Shown here: positions 61,419 to 64,000 of the stretch, piece after piece
Layout of the letters: each line of letters begins with the position of its first letter
Position numbering within the stretch: position 1 is the stretch's first letter
Source of the DNA: Eimeria praecox
Taxonomy: Eukaryota
Direction: 5' to 3'
Length of the DNA: 64,000 bases
NCBI GenBank assembly: GCA_963920595.1
Contig: OY986947.1
Location: 2,480,001 to 2,544,000, forward strand
Notes under the pieces: model-generated
Seen by the model: the letters and a program-made list of their open reading frames with translations, nothing else
What the model was told of the DNA's origin: nothing
Database searches by the model: none
Made by a program: the position numbers and the translations under genes

Positions 61419-62205
61419 TTGGGGTGTATGTATGTACACTGAACTCAGGTGGGAGAGGTGTTAGGCGATTGCAGTTCCTTTTCAATATTGGTTCTTCAAT
61501 CGTTTGCATCATTATGCGATTATCGAGGATTATCAATTGATGAGGCTCTTCGTCAATTTCTGTCTCGTTTTCAGCCCCCTGGAGAGGCTCAACAAGTGTA
61601 TAGATTATTATATCGTTTTGCTGGTTTGTATGTACGAGATAATAAAGAAAGAGGTCTTGATTTAGATACTGTTCACTTCTTAGCTTATGCTATTCTTATG
61701 TTACATACAGATAGACATAATCCCAAAGTCCGAAGAAAGATGACGAAAGAACAATTTAGAAAAATTGTGGCTGCTGGAGGAGCACAACTACCTGATGGAG
61801 TTGTTGACTGTATGTACGACAGAGTTGTTGTTCATGAATTCAGGCTTAATATCACAGATACTGACAGAGTAAGCGCCCTTAGAAGAGAGGGTTTAGGGTT
61901 TAGGGTTTAGGATTTAGGGTTTAGGGTTTGGGAGATAGGGAGGAGGGGAGGGGGGGAGTCCGCTGCAACCAGATCGAGCCAGCAGGGAAAGGGCTCGTCA
62001 GGTTTTCTTGGCGTTGCGAGAAGGCGATGAGGGTTTAGGGTTTAGGGCTTAGGGTTTAGGGTTTAGGGTTTAGGGTTTGGGGAGTTGATGATGATTGTTT
62101 ATTTGTTCAGGTGTATAGCCGGCTGGTGAACGACCCGCGAGCGTTACGACACTTGCCTGCTTCTTTTTCTCGTCCTTCAGATATTTGTGAGTCTCCTCTA
62201 TTCTA

Positions 62206-62236
<31 letters not shown>

Positions 62237-63443
62237 TGCAGCAGCAGCAGCAGTTGCAGCAGTTGCAGCAGTTGCGGGAGGGTTTGGGGTTTAGGGTTAG
62301 GTTTTGGTGTTGGTGTTATTGGTGCTGCTGTTGCTGCTGCAGGTGTAGGAGTTGATGCGGTGGGGGGAGCTGCAGCAGCTGGACAGAGCAGCAGCAGCAG
62401 CAGCAGCAGCAGCGGCACAGGAGGTTTGGTGTCTATGGCAGCTCATCCTCCTTCAGCTTCAGATGCTTCAGGATGTTTATGTGGGGGAGAGGAAGGTAGC
62501 GGGGCTGAGGCGGTGGAGTGTATCGACAGCTCATTGTTTATAGAAGGTTCTGTGTTTGTCAAACTATGCCGCAATGGCCGCATGAAGAAGAGATTAATTC
62601 GAGTCTCTGCTGATAACATGCTGCTGCTGTGGGGTCCCCCAAACAGCAGCGCAGAGGAGGGAGCCAAACAAGCTCCAAGCTCGTTACCTCTTGAGGAGTT
62701 AGTAGATATAACCGTGGGGTGTCTGTACAGTACAGCGAAAAAATTTGATCTAACGGATGAAATGGAAGCTCGATGTGTCAGTCTTCAATTTATATCAAGA
62801 CGTTTAGATTTATTTGCTGCAGATTTATCCCATTCAACATTTACACGATGGATAGGATTCTTTCATCAGAAGGTAGCATTCCAACAGCAGCAACGACAGC
62901 AACGTTTGCTTCTACAACAACAAGCAATGAGCCAACAGAAACGCCAATTATTATTAAAAGAAGGCCGTACAAGAAGAGAAGAAGCAGCAGCACGAAAATT
63001 TGAATTGTGGAGGGATAATGTATTACCACATTGGGAAGCTACATGGTCTTGTGAGGCTGTGCCTGTTGCAGCTCCCTCACGGCCTTCTCCCTTAGCTGTA
63101 TTTGTTGCATTTGCTTCATCAAGTGCTTCTGCTTTAGTACAACTCCCTCGTTCTGTTGTTCTCAAACATTTAAATCGAAGCAGTCATAGAGGAAACACTC
63201 GTTTCAACAGCAACAAACAACACAGCTCATCTTCATCGACTTGGGCTACGAGCAGCATTGCTTCTCTCCGTCGAATTAGAAAGGGAGCACAGAAAGGAGG
63301 AGATATTGCAGCACATTTAGGGAGAGCAGCGTCAAGACAAGTGAGGAAACTCGCGTCTCTTCCCGCTGTATTTGGTTTATGTTGCTCCCCTACTTTAGGG
63401 AATTGTTCTCGTCATAGAAGCCATCGTCATATTCCTCCTCCTA

Positions 63444-63483
<40 letters not shown>

Positions 63484-63658
63484 AGCAGCAGCAGACGCTG
63501 CTGCTGTTGCTGCGGGAGAATATGGAGATGGAAGCAGAGGCATCAACAGCAACGAAAAACGAAACAGGAAGCAACAAACAACTTCTCTTGGTCGAGGAGC
63601 ATGCAGCAGTTCTTTTCGAGCAGCAGGATGGTGTGGGGGTCAACAACAACAAACTGGA

Positions 63659-63756
<98 letters not shown>

Positions 63757-64000
63757 TACATGTGCGTTAGCTCAACAAACAAATTTAGTAGGGAGTGCTG
63801 TTGCAACAGAAGCGAATGCATATATACATTTAAGTCATTTTGGGTCTACATGGATAGGAAGATATAGTTTAGATCGAGGGCGACGTACAGACACCGCAAC
63901 ACATCCTGCCTTTGTTAGACTTTGGTTGAGTGGTGTGCCCGGGGAATTAAGGGGAAAGTTATGGTTGATTGCGTTGGGGAATGAACAGAATGTTGGAGTC
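59105..64000 (+). CDS. Sec7-domain ARF-GEF with PH domain and start of a TBC (Rab-GAP) domain; 3'-incomplete
   Basis: Sec7: AVLLFNK..VARFLYDTPGLDKKK / VGEVLG..LQSFASLCDYRGLSIDEALRQFLSRFQPPGEAQQVYRLL..DTVHFLAYAILMLHTDRHNPKVRRKMTKEQF. PH-like: EGSVFVKLCRNGRMKKRLIRVSADNMLLLW..LPLEELVDITVG (62540-62720). TBC start: RLWLSGVPGELRGKLWLIALGN (63917-63983). Low-complexity N-terminus; start uncertain. Confidence 0.88.
61365..61416. repeat. Intronic (GT)n microsatellite
   Basis: Pure GT run. Confidence 0.95.
61889..62079. repeat. Intronic telomere-like (TTTAGGG)n arrays
   Basis: Arrays at 61889-61930 and 62031-62079. Confidence 0.95.

Noticed and set aside
49888..62079. TTTAGGG arrays as a true telomere
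   Set aside because: Short, in both orientations and inside introns; interstitial heptamer repeats are typical of this lineage.

Overview
Eukaryotic, intron-rich apicomplexan DNA, almost certainly an Eimeria-like coccidian. It has abundant CAG/CTG triplet runs in exons, telomere-like (TTTAGGG)n heptamers in introns, TGCATGCA-type motifs, and alternating repeat-rich and repeat-poor segments. Conserved spliced genes: an ER lumen protein-retaining receptor (ERD2-like, minus, 6533-10969), a SAP-PHD-PINIT-SP-RING SUMO E3 ligase (SIZ/PIAS-like, plus, ~39710-46348), an SLC26/SulP anion transporter with STAS domain (plus, ~48214-53789), and a Sec7-PH-TBC protein that runs off the right end (plus, 59105->64000). 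Between ~12.3 and 38.9 kb lies an accessory tandem array: two intact single-exon ~850-aa TM-containing paralogs plus a third, pseudogenised copy, interleaved with decayed Ty3/gypsy retroelements and a ~250-bp LTR-like dispersed repeat, with sharp near-identical/diverged boundaries suggesting unequal crossover or gene conversion. By hand splicing I also reconstructed a 10-exon gene invisible to the ORF track (minus, 54527-55941), encoding a small, probably secreted protein with two 4-Cys PAN/Apple-like repeats and one GC-AG intron. All alignments and identities were judged by eye; no searches were run.
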